A DNA stretch of 64,000 bases, from contig MU056050.1 in assembly GCA_013239625.1 (NCBI GenBank), forward strand, positions 1,102,084-1,166,083, in the 5' to 3' direction. This DNA comes from Lama guanicoe. Lineage: Eukaryota. A model generated the notes under the pieces. It did no database searches and was not told where the DNA came from. It was given only the letters and a program-made list of their open reading frames with translations. The position numbers and the translations under genes are program-made. Positions 24,433 to 37,189 of the stretch are shown in pieces (the stretch's first letter is position 1; every line of letters starts with the position of its first letter).

Positions 24433-25296
24433 AGCTTCAGAAGATGAAGTGTCTTTTTTTTTCTTGAACACATCTTGACTTCAAACAGATTTTTAAAAGC
24501 AAAGTATGCCAACTTTGTTTTTAATGCACTACTCAGATATCTTGGGATCTTTTTGAAGTCTTGAAACTTTGAAACTAAGAATGGCCAGTTTGAAATACAC
24601 AATGTGGAAACAACAGCAATACTTCCAAACAGGGAAAACTTTAAGTTAGTGCTTTTCATGGTAGGCAGGACAGACCTTGTTTAGAAATCAGTCAATGTTT
24701 AAAGTCTCTGGAGAAAATTTGGTAATTTAGTATTGATTCCTATTTTGTCTTAAAATATAAAAGTTCTCTCAATTTATCATTCATTTTGGAAAATAGAAGT
24801 ATTCTTTTTATAAGGAAAATTGGAGTGCAGGTGTACTCATAAAATGGTAGCTAATGTTCACTATCTGTATTGGGAAAGAAATCTGGTATAGAAGGGTTGG
24901 TGCCAAGCTGGAGGGTACATGCCTTATTTTCAGGGGCACATACCCTAATCACTAATCAGTGATACTAATAATTATCATTTATCAAGTGTATTATATGTAC
25001 TGAGCTCTCTCTGTTTATTATCCCATTTAATACTACTAACAATTTTGTGACCTAGTTATCATCTTCATTTTGCAAATGAAGAAACTAAGACTCAGTGATG
25101 AAGTCACTTGCCCTAAGTCACTATTCTCTGCAGAAATATGAGTCTAGTTTTGCCAGATTTCATGAATTTTCAAAAGAAGTATGGAATCTAGATATTTCTG
25201 TGGAAGTTCTCCATGTTTAAATGTACACTAATTTTTTTTTTATTGTTTTCTGGTCAGAGAAACACATTTCCAAGTCTGATATAGTTCATAGGCCAC

Positions 25297-25361
25297 TATG
25301 TTTAAGCTGTCTTCCATTCAAGTGATAAAATTATATGGTCACCAGAGTCTTTATAAATTCT
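25297..25361 (-). pseudogene. Candidate decayed exon (RIYKDSGDHIILSLEWKTA*)
   Basis: Good acceptor ccttgctcatacctttacAG; phase 0 is compatible with the end of the 28256-28313 exon; donor unclear. Confidence 0.3.
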
Positions 25362-27559
25362 CTGTAAAGGTATGAGCAAGGTAGAGATTTCTACTTCTTT
25401 GGAAGTGACATACTTGGGACAGGGGAGGCTTTTGGTGCCCATCAAATCATAGGGAGGCAACATATTATTTGTAGTTTCTGGGGAGAGAAAGTTCTTTCAA
25501 GGGAGAAGCCCCTGGAAATAGCTTTATGCTTCATGTAAGTACTGCTCTCCCAGTACCCTTGAGTGGTAAAACTCTACTCCATTCTATTCAGGACAGTATA
25601 ATAATACATAACCCTGTGTTTTGTTACAGCGTAACAATTTACCTAGTTCACTTAATTCACTATATAACCATGTTATTACACGGAACAAAAGCAAGAAGAA
25701 GGTTTTTTTTTTCAATTCATGTTAATTTCCTTTTTTTCCCCATTTTTCCCCATTGATGCTATAATCACTGGAAGTAGTTTTGATATACGTTAAAGAATTT
25801 CAGGGCCTCTGGTATTGGGAATCATATTAGTAGCTGGTAATTTCTTCCTCTGTAATTTATTCTTTTCATTAGAGTTTCTGTACGTGCATAGCATAGAGCC
25901 ATAATCTATAGCCCTGGTGGGGAATTTACACTGTGAATGGTAAATGTATATCAGAGGAGAGGTTACACATGCAATTGTGAACACAGAACCATTACAATCC
26001 ATTGCAATGGGTGTGGCACATAAAAAACAGAAGGCTTGGTTTAGACAGCTGAGTGTAGTGAGTCTGAAATTATGGCACTGCCTCAGTCATTTTAGAAGAC
26101 AGGTAAGGTATATATTCTTTGGTTATTCATACAGACCATGTTTTCTACCCTCTTCAGTATAACAAAGGGAACAGTAAACATAAAATGAAAAATATAGAGC
26201 AAATATTAACTCCAAATCCAATGTATAATTCTATAAACTTATTTTGAATAATGAAATGCTTCTATTTCACCTATGAAAATTGGTAGAAGTTGCATTTTAT
26301 AATATTGTTGAAGATTTCATATTTATTCATGAAACCACCTAATTCTAGGGAAATTTGGGGACAGATAAAAGCCCAAATAACAGGAAATAATGTGGAAGGA
26401 TTATGGAATAACCACAGATAAGGGTAATTGGAATCCATATATAATCCTTCTCATTTAAATCCTTAGTTTCAATTTGTTCTCCCTTCAAGTCATTTACCAT
26501 ACAGCTCATGTACAAGACAACTGGTTTGAACTTAAACCCTTTACCATCTAATTTACATGTGAATATCCCATTAATAATAATTTTTATAATTTAATGAGTG
26601 CTTAATACATATTAGGCTATATATACATATTATTTCAATCCTCACAAAAATCTGGGAACTAGGTATTTCCCCCTAAAACTGAGGTGCAATGAGGAAAAGT
26701 GGATGAAGCAAAGTCTTACTTGAATTTAAACCATGTTTTCTGTATCCAGAAACAATGCTGTCTTGAATCAGTGGATAATAGGAAAAGATACAAGGAGTTG
26801 TGATAATATAGAAATCTGATGTGGAATTCTAGAAATGGATAGCTATCTTTAATGTTATATTTTCCTACTTATCTATTTTTTTCCTCTGTTACCCACATGG
26901 GAGGAACCTTTGACAATTGTATAATGGTTTATTCCATGCGATTTAAGGGCTGTACACACCACTAAAGGAATGATGTCATCTGTATAAATAAGCTATACGT
27001 GCCTTTATGCAAATAAGTTAAATTGCATATTGCAATATGTTTTAAGCAATGCTTTGATGAAAAAAGACTTGAAGTACCCTATCAAATAATGAAATTTATT
27101 CAAAGTGCACTTCAAGTCACCCAGATTTCTATCGCATTAGTTGATTTATTTAGTGTATATTTAGGTTGCATCTGTGATATACTAGATACTGTGTTAGATA
27201 CATTAGGGCTAGAACGATGAGCCTCTGACCTCAAGAGGCTTACAGGAGAAATGGAACAGACATAGGTAAGTACAATAGAAGGTACTTTAGTATGTGATAA
27301 GTGCTTGTTCTAAGTATGATATAGACATTAAGTATGTGGAGTGGAAAAGTGATTATTATTTACTTGACTAAACAAGGAATCTTTTATAAATAGAAAATTC
27401 CAATGTGATTCCATTAAGGCTGAGGAAAGGAAATAAACTGTATATTAACATCCAAAGGAGAAAAGTGACCAGCAATCCAACTAAATAAAGAGATTATACT
27501 GCTATTTCTCTTGTGATTCAAAAGGGGAAATAAAAATTACAGTTTAATATATAAAACTT

Positions 27560-28030
27560 TTTAATGAATGCTTGTGTTTCAGGGACTGAACTAGACACTT
27601 TATATCCATTAGTTACCTCAATTCCCACAACGGCTCTGGGAGGTAGATAATATTATCTCCTTTCTAATGTTGGAATTGAGACTTAAGGTCAAGTCCAGTT
27701 TAACTCGAAAGGCTGATTTAATACCACCATCAGTAATTTCCTTATGTAGGTGAGAATAACAGCATGAAAAGGGAGGCTGTATGTTGTACTTCAAAGAACA
27801 TGGAATCAGCCCGACTGAGTTCCACACCCTGGCTTTGCCAGATATAATCCAGTGTGTCACTCTAGGAAGGTTACTTAATATATCCAAGCCTCCAGATCTA
27901 TCTCTGTCTAAGCTTCATCTTTTTAATAGGAGTAATATGTTCACTTCACAGCATAATGATTTAGTTTAAATATAAAGCATAGTGACATATAGTAGTTTTC
28001 TCACATATGTAGAGGATTTGTAATATAGTA
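27560..28030. mobile_element. Two MIR fragments (minus, then plus)
   Basis: ctctgggaggtagataatattatctcc; tgtgtcactctaggaaggttacttaat. Confidence 0.6.
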
Positions 28031-28255
28031 ACTAACAAAATGAATTGACTTTAATTTATTTCTGCTTGTCTCCAGAAGGATGTAATGAAGACAGAATGTC
28101 CCACTAACCCCTCTATCATAAGGAAATTGATAGCAAAGGCTTTATATGGAGAGAATTCTTGCGATCATTGCAAATGTTTGTGGATAAACACAGAGAGAGG
28201 AACAAAATTCTGAAGATACCTATGTGTAATTTTGTCGATCTATGTATTATGTTAC

Positions 28256-28313
28256 CTTCATGTACAAAATAGTCACTATATGCGGGGGAACAATGATGTT
28301 TACTCCCAAGGAC
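28256..28313 (-). pseudogene. Exon of fossil gene (SLGVNIIVPPHIVTILYMK)
   Basis: Acceptor ttcccacttactttcAG, donor aag|GTAACA; 58 nt, phase 2->0, in phase with the 29222-29309 exon. Confidence 0.65.
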
Positions 28314-29221
28314 CTGAAAGTAAGTGGGAATTGAAATGTGAAATCAGCATAGAGGAAGCACAGAAGAGATGCAAAATCACCTTTAAGAGAAAAATGGCTT
28401 TCACAGAAGCAGGACTTGACATATAATCCAAACAAAAGTATTACTGTTAAGTTAAAAGAATGTCTGCAGCATTCAAAAGGAGTAATTTGTCAGGCACAGA
28501 AGTGTGGGAAATAGAGTCACAGAGACATGGAATGACATTGTTTACCCAGGCACTGTGCTAGGCTGATTACAGCATCCCAGTCTCCATGGCATGTACATCC
28601 ATACTGCAGAAATTACTATATAATGGCTTTTAAGTAGATCTTTCCTTCTAACAGGCACTTAGGCTTTTTCTGATATTTTGCTATTACAAACAGTACTGTG
28701 GTAGTGAACATCTTGTTACATGCCTCTATTTGCACACATACAAGTATATAATCCAGACTTATTGATGAATATTTATAAAAATTAAGTGAGCGCTAGGTGC
28801 TTTCCGTGTGTTCAGTACTATGCTACATAGGAGAAGGTCTGTGCTCTCAAAGAATTTCTAATATGGTTGGAGAGTTAAATCTAACATATATGACCAGTAT
28901 AGGTCAGCATATTACAGAAGTGCCAAATTGTCAGATTGTTGAATTCAGAGGTCCCTAGAGGGTAAGGAAAGCTTTGTAGACTCTAAAACTAAAGTAGAAC
29001 TTTGCTGAGATCTTAGAAGCTCCCAACACTGTAAATTTCCTGTTAATATCATAAGGAAATTCTGTTCCAGTTAGCTGACTTCTGTAATTTTCCAAGTTAA
29101 AAAAAATACAAATAAGTTTCTAATAACCTAAGGAAGAAAATTCAACAAGCTTGACTGTCAGTTAAATATGGAGTACCAGAATTGGGTGGCTAGAGATTGA
29201 ATTTTCATAGACAGTGCTCAC

Positions 29222-29309
29222 ATTTCCCAATCCTTTTGAACATCTTCCACATAGAGAACCTTGATGAGTTTGTCAAAAGGCAGGGCAAAATTTAGATACT
29301 CCATAACAT
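29222..29309 (-). pseudogene. Exon of fossil gene (VMEYLNFALPFDKLIKVLYVEDVQKDWE)
   Basis: Acceptor tttttattatgacatttAG, donor aat|GTGAGC; 88 nt, phase 1->2, stop-free, in phase with both neighbours. Confidence 0.65.
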
Positions 29310-29349
29310 CTAAATGTCATAATAAAAACAGCATATACTACTAAAACAT

Positions 29350-29393
29350 TCTCTGTCTCTCTGTGTGTCTGTCTCTGTCTCTGTCTCTCTTTG

Positions 29394-29431
<38 letters not shown>

Positions 29432-29432
29432 A
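29350..29432. repeat. Compound (TC/TG)n(CA)n microsatellite
   Basis: Direct inspection. Confidence 0.9.
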
Positions 29433-29809
29433 AAGCTTATTTTTATCCCCCAAACAAATTTATTGGTAGGTAGATACCATTATTCTCTCATTTTTGCTGA
29501 GAAGGAAACTGAGAATTTAGAGGAAGTAAATGATTTAACTACCAACTGTAGAGCCACTGGCTCCAAAGTTTAACTACTATGTTGCAATTTATTCTTATTG
29601 TGCTTATTAAGTTTGGGATAAGATGGATAGGAGATGACTTGATCGATTGGAAAACAAAAGAACAAATAATTTGCTTCCCTCAGTTTATTTTTATTATGGA
29701 GAATACCACATGGTGAGAGAACTACTTTTGAGACCAGCATCTTTCTTTCTACACTGTGTTATAAATAGGGATATTCCAACTAGTTTTGCCTTAGTATTTT
29801 AAGGTAGAA

Positions 29810-30050
29810 AGTAATATATCATGCTAGTTAAAAGCAAGGTCCCTGGAGGCAGACCTAGATTTTTAACATGACCCTACCATTTAATATCAGGGCAACTTTA
29901 AGCAAGTTATCTTAACTCCTTCGATTTGTAAAATGGTAACAGTAGTACTTACCTCTTATATATGTGTGACGATAAATGACATCATGTATTTTAAGTGTTT
30001 AGTAAAAAATTTGGATCACAGTAAGTAGTCGAAAAGTGTTACCTGTTTTC
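29810..30050 (+). mobile_element. MIR SINE
   Basis: ccctggaggcagacctag...gcaagttatcttaac...ttgtaaaatggtaacagtagtacttacctc. Confidence 0.75.
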
Positions 30051-30096
30051 ATTCTTACCCCAACTATGCATTTCCAGATAACACATTTGCTTATAG

Positions 30097-30272
30097 TAAT
30101 GTTTCCAAAACTTGAGCGTGTATTAGGATCCCCTTGAGAGTTTGCTGAAGTACAGATTACTGGGCTCCACACTCAGGGCTACTGATTGAGTAGAACTGAG
30201 GTGGGCCTGAAAATTTGTATTTCCAACAAGTTCCCCCATGTGGTCCAGTTACCACACTTTTAGAACCAGTGG
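30097..30272. mobile_element. MER5A-like hAT-Charlie MITE
   Basis: caaaacttgagcgtgtattaggatc...acagattactgggctccac...gtgggcctgaaaatttgtatttccaacaagttccc...cacacttttagaacca. Confidence 0.75.
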
Positions 30273-30710
30273 CTTAGAGTACTGTGTTAATCAAAGCTAG
30301 ATCATAGTTTTGGCCTTAATTCTGGCCACTTTTTATTGGTCTTGCATCATCTGACCACAAGCTGCTGTCCTTAGGATAGTCAGACCTCTCAGAGGCAGCC
30401 AGTCACATGAGCAGCTTCATGGTTAACAATCTCTGTATCTAGAAAACGGATCTGCAATTGGGAAGTAGGGATTAAGGGAATTCATCAAGATCTCAATTCT
30501 GATTATCTCTGGGGTGGTGAGATTATAAATGCTTTGAATTTCTTTTAATACTTTTTTCTATTTTCAATACTGTTACACTGAAGTCCTATTAATTTTATAA
30601 TCTCAAAGGATTTTTTAAAAACAGCTTATGTAAGAGGTAAATCAGTAATGTCAAGTCCATGAGAAAACTGAGATGACTTTTATCCATCTTCTACTAGTAA
30701 AACCTCATAC

Positions 30711-30793
30711 CATGTCTATTCAGAGTCCCCCACCCTGAGACACCCATCTCTTGTGTCTTTCCCTTATCTTGTACTCAACTCTTGAAGAGTTCA
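30711..30793 (-). pseudogene. Exon of fossil gene (ELFKS*VQDKGKTQEMGVSGWGTLNRH)
   Basis: Acceptor ttttgtatgtgttacAG, donor atg|GTATGA; 83 nt, phase 2->1, one in-frame TGA. Confidence 0.6.
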
Positions 30794-31379
30794 CTGTAAC
30801 ACATACAAAATTATAGAGAACAACTCCTTCAAGATGTAGGCTGCTATTTCAGTGATTCGATTAACTCATTTTCTTTTTGAAAAGATCTACTTGTTATCCC
30901 TTTACCAACTTCCCTCTTGAGCCTATTATTTAGAGAGAGCATCTTCTCTTTTTGAATTGTAAGTATCCTGAGGATGTATTTAGCATGAAACAGTGGGCTG
31001 CTAGTATAATGATGAGCCTGTTACATTTCAACAAATTGTTCCCGATGAACTAAACTATGAAGACAGTGCTTGGCTTAAATGTATAAACCAGGTGGCACAA
31101 ACTTCCCTAGTGCTAGCATTTGTTTCTCTAAACCGTTCCTTCGAATTCATTAGAGAATATTTGCTATAAAACTTAGCATTGAATGAGCAGAGATATAATA
31201 TAAAAAGCTATGGAAGCCCAATGTAATTGGTCAACTTACTGAAAAAAAAATATTTACTGGATATCTTTGTGTACTTACTCTAGGTGATGTGTTTCACTTG
31301 GGGTGTGATTTTTATATACTGTCATTGGGAGATTTGTGTTAGGAATAGTCTCTCCTTCACACGAAGTAAGTAGCAGAGA

Positions 31380-31620
31380 CAATAAGTACTCTAAGAGTTC
31401 AAGGACATGGAATCTGAAGCCCTAACTCTATTATTTTTTATCTGACAAGGGGAAGTCTATTAACTACTTGGTGCCTCAGTTTCCCTATCTGTTAAAAAAA
31501 GTATACAAATAGTTCCTGGTTCATATGCTTGCTATGAAAATTAAGTGACTTAATATATGTAAAATTTCTAGTTCTGAGTCTGGAATGTACTTGCTCAATA
31601 ATATAGGTAATATTATTAGT
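31380..31620 (+). mobile_element. MIR SINE
   Basis: gtgcctcagtttccctatctgt...tgctcaataatataggtaatattatt. Confidence 0.75.
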
Positions 31621-31849
31621 CAGTGGAAGATGTCTGTCTTCAGCATTCTACGAAGCTCTAAATGCCTGCTATTCCCTCTCTCTTCTGAAGCAAAAGTTAT
31701 TTCTATATATAGTTATGGGGTCTTAATGCTGTTTAACTGTTTCCAACTTTGACTGGTAATAGTGTCCTTATTTATCAATGTCCTTATTTATAATTGTTCT
31801 TATTTATCATAAGCAGGTGATAATGTGTATAAAAGGGGTTTTCACTTAT

Positions 31850-31931
31850 TGGAAGAACAGTATCCTCATTTCAAGACTTCTTGGCCATTGTTCTTTTTCT
31901 AGAAGTGTCTGATGGTGCTCCTGGATTTTAC
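31850..31931 (-). pseudogene. Exon of fossil gene (KIQEHHQTLLEKEQWPRSLEMRILFF) with broken donor
   Basis: Acceptor catacAG; donor reads ATAAGT (GTAAGT with G>A); 82 nt, phase 1->2, in phase with the 30711-30793 exon. Confidence 0.55.
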
Positions 31932-32279
31932 CTGTATGTTCATTGGTGCTTTAGCCAACACTTACCCTAAGTCCTTGCCCACAGTGTTCAGAAATTTTAC
32001 CTGCTGCATATGATGTTGTCATATGCTTTTTTTTTTTTAATTCATCAGGGGAAAAATATATCTTGCAGGCATGCACTGGCCGTGATAGGCCTCTCTCAGG
32101 ATACTGGAACTAGTACAGGGTACTGTGTACCTGCTCATGGGTTGCATTCTGGGAGGATTAAACAAGATTGTTGAGATTTAAATTTCAAGGTTATTTTACT
32201 TGCTTTAATAGACAACAAAAAGGTAAACACAGTTCCTGTACGATTTGGGCCTTAATAACACTTGAAAATAGCAGCACAC

Positions 32280-32456
32280 TGAAGTAATCTGTTTCTCCTT
32301 TTTCAGTAATCTTGCCTTTGATTTGACAGGGATGCGTTTTATCCCTGTGCTCACTACCCAGACCTCTTCCCCTGTGGTATGTTGGCTGTGTGCATCATCG
32401 TGATCCTTTCTGAGGCTGCTGCCTGCTCTGTAGCCCAAGGAGTTGAAAGGCCAAAT
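32280..32456 (-). pseudogene. Candidate exon (IWPFNSLGYRAGSSLRKDHDDAHSQHTTGEEVWVVSTGIKRIPVKSKARLLKKEKQITS)
   Basis: Strong acceptor aattttcctgttccAG; 177 nt stop-free, GC-richer island; donor uncertain. Confidence 0.5.
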
Positions 32457-32679
32457 CTGGAACAGGAAAATTTGTTTAATTCCAAATTTATTATGTTTAT
32501 TAGACTTTATAATTATGGTTTCAGGTTATTAGAAGATGGATCTTGGTCCAGGCTTGTTACCCTTTTCTGTTGTGATGGCTTAAGGGCTCTCTGTAACAAA
32601 CACATTATGTTTCCAGGTTGCCACAGTATGTCTGATTTGGAATATTAAAACTTCAGTATTTAATTTGCTTTATAAATTG

Positions 32680-34130
32680 ATTAGGATATCACTAAAAGGA
32701 TAATTAAAAGGAGTATAACTTAAAATTGTGACAGGGTAAAGTAGATTATGGGAGAAAATACAAGAGAGAGTAAGAAAGGAGAGGGAAAACAGAAGCATGG
32801 AAAAAGAGACAAATAGAAAATAATATTATATAACTAAATCTAAGCATAGTAGGATCACAATAAATCTAAATGTAGTAAATTTTCTAGATAAAAGAGAAAT
32901 TTTGGCAGAAAACTTTTTAAAAAACATAACTATATATCATTTATCATAAACAGTGCTAAAACTAAGGGCACAAAAATTGTTGAAAGCTTACAAAAAGTTA
33001 AATACATGCCAGTAAGGTATTACTCAAAACAATGCTAGGGTAACTATATTAATATTAGCTAAAATAGACTTTAATTAGAAGAAATGTAAAAATAAAGAGA
33101 GGCAGTATGTAGAAATAAAGACTAAGTTCCTTAGGGAGATTAAGCAATTCTAAATTTGAATGCACCTAATAACACAACTTGTATATAAAATAAAGAAAAA
33201 AATGTAAAGAAGTGGAAACATTAACCAAAAAAGAGAATGATTTTAACACACTTCTCTCAGTATTTCATAGTTCAAAGATATTTTAAGTCAGTTCTATGAT
33301 AGATTTTCTGTATTCTTATATTTATATTAAAGGAAAATAAACAATTTTAATCTAACATATTTTTTCATGTGTGTGAGTGAAAAGATTGTATTTATAACTA
33401 CAGAATATTGATTATTTTCAAGTCTGCATGGAGCATATTTGAGCAAATCATCATGTTTTTGTCATAAAGCAAGTTACTACAAATTTCAAAGTATCATAAC
33501 CACACTGGTGGCGAAAACACAAATTAGAAATTAATAACAGAAAAGTATGTAAAAATACATATCTAGAAACTGACAGGCACATACATAAATAACTCATGAT
33601 CAAAGAAGAAAGTAAATAAAAAGTTTTAGTGAAGACTGCAATACTACGTATTGAATTTGTGGAATGCAGCAGCTAAAGTGGTATTTTGTGGAGCAGGTAT
33701 AATATTAAATGTTTATTTAAATTTTTTAAAGGCTAAAAATTAGTGAGTCAAGCATACAAAATAAAAATTAAATAAAGAGCAACATAAAAAACCTAAATAG
33801 AGAGTAGAAGGTAACAAAATAGACAAAAATACAATAAATAGGATGGGGCAAAAAGCCCAACTGAAATTATAAATAAAATGGACAAATCTTTGGCAAGATT
33901 GACAAACAGAGAGAAGACAATCATTATTAAGAATGAAGCCAATTACAAATGCAAATGTAGAAGTAAACATAAAAATTCTGAGAACATTAAGATCCACTTT
34001 TTACCTCATATATTGAAAGATATAGTCCAAGTGGACCAAGTCCTAGGAAAATGTTAATTACCAAAACTGACTCAAGAAGAAGTAGCCAAATCTAATAGTC
34101 CTATAGTTGTTAATGAATTTGAATCAGTAA
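32680..34130 (+). mobile_element. Very old L1 ORF2 5' portion (endonuclease region)
   Basis: A-rich sense L1 text (ttctaaatttgaatgcacctaataac, tggacaaatctttggcaagattgac, taccaaaactgactcaagaagaa). Confidence 0.75.
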
Positions 34131-35259
34131 AGTATAATGCTACATTGCCACCTTATCAAGCATGAAGAAATAGCAAATTTCCTGAGATGATGGGGTTAGA
34201 AGGCTAGCAGGAAACGAGATAATGCTTTGAAGGTAGGATATGTGAATTTTAGACTTAAAAAGTTGATCAGTTCCAGTTATGACAAGGATTAAGGTGTTGA
34301 CAGAATGGTAGGGATAGCACAGAGGAAGACTCTGGAGATAAAAGGTTCAAGGGTGCCAGGGTTTGGCATAGTCATCCATAGAGTTGTTGCAGTCACTCAA
34401 AATGATGGAAGAATTTGTGCTGAGAAAGGGCAGATTACAAGCCAGATCTTTGAAGAATGAAAGGAAAAGTGGTTCAGTCAAATGGCTTTAGTTTTGGAGG
34501 AACAAGTGGTTTTACAGGAAGGTGGAGGAGTAATGATTTGAAAGTGATATTTGAGAGTAAAAGATTTGTCATTTTTATTTCAAAAGCTGATGGTATATGG
34601 AAGTTGTGAGAAAATGAGCAGTTTTAGCATTAGAGTGTTGCTGGGGAAACAAGAGTCGGGTAAGTTAAGACACTGACAGCATTAATGATAAATGAGAATC
34701 TTAAACTAATAACTTATAATCTGGGGGCTTTCCTCCTAGTTCTGCACTGTGCCATGTAGTAGGAGGGACACAAAAGGTTGTGCCAAACACTGAATTTTAC
34801 TACCCCTTTTGCTAGAATTCCTTCTTAGTTTTAAAGTGCTCTTGGTGCTGTATCTTCTCAACTAGTCTCTAGAGTTCTCAGAGTTATACTTGGTCTGCAT
34901 ATTATTGTTAACTTGGTGTCTCTGTGAGTGAAAGGACCTGTAGCTTCCTGTTCTACCATCTTGCTGACATCCCTCTACTTCAATATTCTTAAGTATTCTA
35001 AATGCCACTAATATTTGTATTCATAAGGGGATCTTAAGTTTATAAGTGAAACCAGCCCCAGACTGAAAGAGGGACAGAGAAGATAAAATTGCTACATGTT
35101 AACTGTCAGATCTGGAGATGGAGGTGAGCTAACACATGTTTGGCCTAATTGTAAATCTCCAACATTTGTGCCAGAGTTATTTCATTCCAAAGTTTTCTTC
35201 AGTGTGAATAGAGGGGTTTGGCAGTGAAGAAAAATATATCAGATCATATCTTTACTCTG

Positions 35260-35576
35260 GTCCTCAATACCATCTTTGAAGAAGCCTCTTTCATTCATGA
35301 CAGCCAGGTTTTTAAATAAATAAGAGGAATTCCTCTAGCCCATTCCATCCGGGATTTGATTCCACTCTCTGAATCTTAGCCCCAACTAGATACCAAGCCA
35401 ATCCTTGCTAGGACTTCGCCAGAGAACATGAATATTGGCCCACCAATATGTGGGAGCCCTTGTAATTTTTCCCCTGGGGCAAAAGGATAAAGAGCTATTT
35501 TTGTAGTTCGTGGCTTTGGTGGTAGAAGAGTTACTTTTCTTTGTGTTGTACAATGGAACATCCCCACGTAACAGCA
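35260..35576 (-). pseudogene. Candidate decayed exon (...RKVTLLPPKPRTTKIALYPFAPGEKLQGLPHIGGPIFMFSGEVLARIGLVSSWG*...)
   Basis: Non-repeat, GC-richer island with a protein-like frame (ORF 35376-35567); boundaries weak. Confidence 0.35.
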
Positions 35577-35689
35577 CTAATTGTATTTTTACCTTCATAC
35601 ATTAAGTGCATGTTTGACCCAGTCTCCAATTTAGTAATAAGAGGAAGAAAATCATCCTTGTTAAGGGTAGGAATATAAGAGCCAATCCC

Positions 35690-35870
35690 CCTGGGTGCAC
35701 ATCTGTACTTTTCCATGTTTGACTTTAGGTAAGTCGCATAACTTCTCTGTGCCATCTGTAAAACAGGGTTACTAATAATATCTACCCATATAAATGGGGA
35801 TTGTAAAGATTCAATAATACACATAAAGCACTTATAAAAAGTGGCACACAGGAGGTGTGCATTTGCTATT
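35690..35870 (+). mobile_element. MIR SINE
   Basis: gactttaggtaagtcgcataacttctctgtgccatctgtaaaacaggg. Confidence 0.8.
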
Positions 35871-36719
35871 ATAAATAGTGATCTTTTTCAAAGAAAAGAT
35901 GCTTAAGCATTTCCATCCTGAGATCCCTGAGGTATTGGCATTATGGAATACTTTGCTATGGTAAGGTCTCCTTCCATTATTGAGTCAATGTGTGTAAACA
36001 ACTTAATTTCCCTTTCTAGCTATATTACTTACCAATTAAAACTGAAAATACAAAGCTTCTCTCATGAGCTTGATGAGTGATGAGTAATGGTTTGACCCAA
36101 AAGAAATGACACCCTTTCCCCTTAAACATTTTCCCCCTTCCATTTTATTGAGATACAATCATGTATAGGAATGACACTGGAGTAAGGGCCTAACTCTCTC
36201 CCTTACTAGCTGTGTCACTCTGATTAAGCAACCTCTCTGAGTCTCAGTCACATGATTGATAAAATGGCATTAAACCATCCCTGACTACTAGTAGGATTGT
36301 AGTTAGCCAGGCAATTTGTTTGTGGGAAATAATATTATTATTTTGCAAGGAAAGGTGACTTTAGTGCTCCCTTAGTTTTATCCACAGCACAGCTACTCCA
36401 CCACTACCCCTACTCCCTTCATGCCTTCCTGCATGTCATTTCCCCAGGAAATATTGCTCAGAACACTCAGTCTAAAGTTGCCTCCCCTCATCATGCTTTA
36501 TGATATTGTGCTGCTTATTGATTTTATATGACATCATAATCCATAATTGTCAGTCTTCTTAATTTATCTGTTTAATGTCTGTATCTTTCAGCATGATGCA
36601 TTGTCGTCTGTGGCCATTATGCAGTAGACAGTGTGGTAGCACTTGGTGGAGTTCTGAGGGTAGTGGAGAAGTAAAATAGAACTTTTATTTCTCGAAGGCT
36701 GAGTGGTTCTAGACTATGC

Positions 36720-36826
36720 CAGTGCACCCCTTGTGACATCTCTTCTACTCTCTCCTTTTAAAAATCCTTTTCTCCACCAGAGCACCTTTTCCCTGATTCT
36801 TTCTTCTTCAGATGCAAAAGTGACCA
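36720..36826 (-). pseudogene. Candidate exon (VTFASEEERIREKVLWWRKGFLKGESRRDVTRGAL)
   Basis: Strong acceptor ctttattcttcccctatgcAG; stop-free; donor degenerate. Confidence 0.5.
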
Positions 36827-37189
36827 CTGCATAGGGGAAGAATAAAGCAATGGTCTGAGTGTAGAAAATTAAAATACATTTTGATATTCTTTTCTGCTTT
36901 ACCATTTAAAATCCTTTGTGATGTAAATACTGGAGAATGGGAACATCCTGCTTGTGGACTTATAATTCTTCAGAAATATTGCAAGTGGCAAGTGTTTAGA
37001 TTAGTTATCCTAGCTGTAAATAGGGCAATTAAGCAGTGCATCGTTTTTTGTTTGTTTTTTGTTTTAGGTTGGCCAATGAGATTTCTAGGACTCTGAAAAC
37101 AAAAGGTTGACACTTTAAAGAAGCATGTGTTCAAAGTAGGAACGTAGACAGTGAACATAACTCCTGAGAGGAAGTAACTGAATTTATTT

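Noticed and set aside
24474..24576. Additional minus-strand exon candidates (24.5 kb; also about 8.75, 13.45 and 25.85 kb)
   Set aside because: Protein-like by eye, but splice sites or phases could not be made consistent, so not reported as features.
28077..28213. Plus-strand terminal exon KDVMKTECPTNPSII...
   Set aside because: Acceptor-like site only; no homology recognised and no supporting neighbours.
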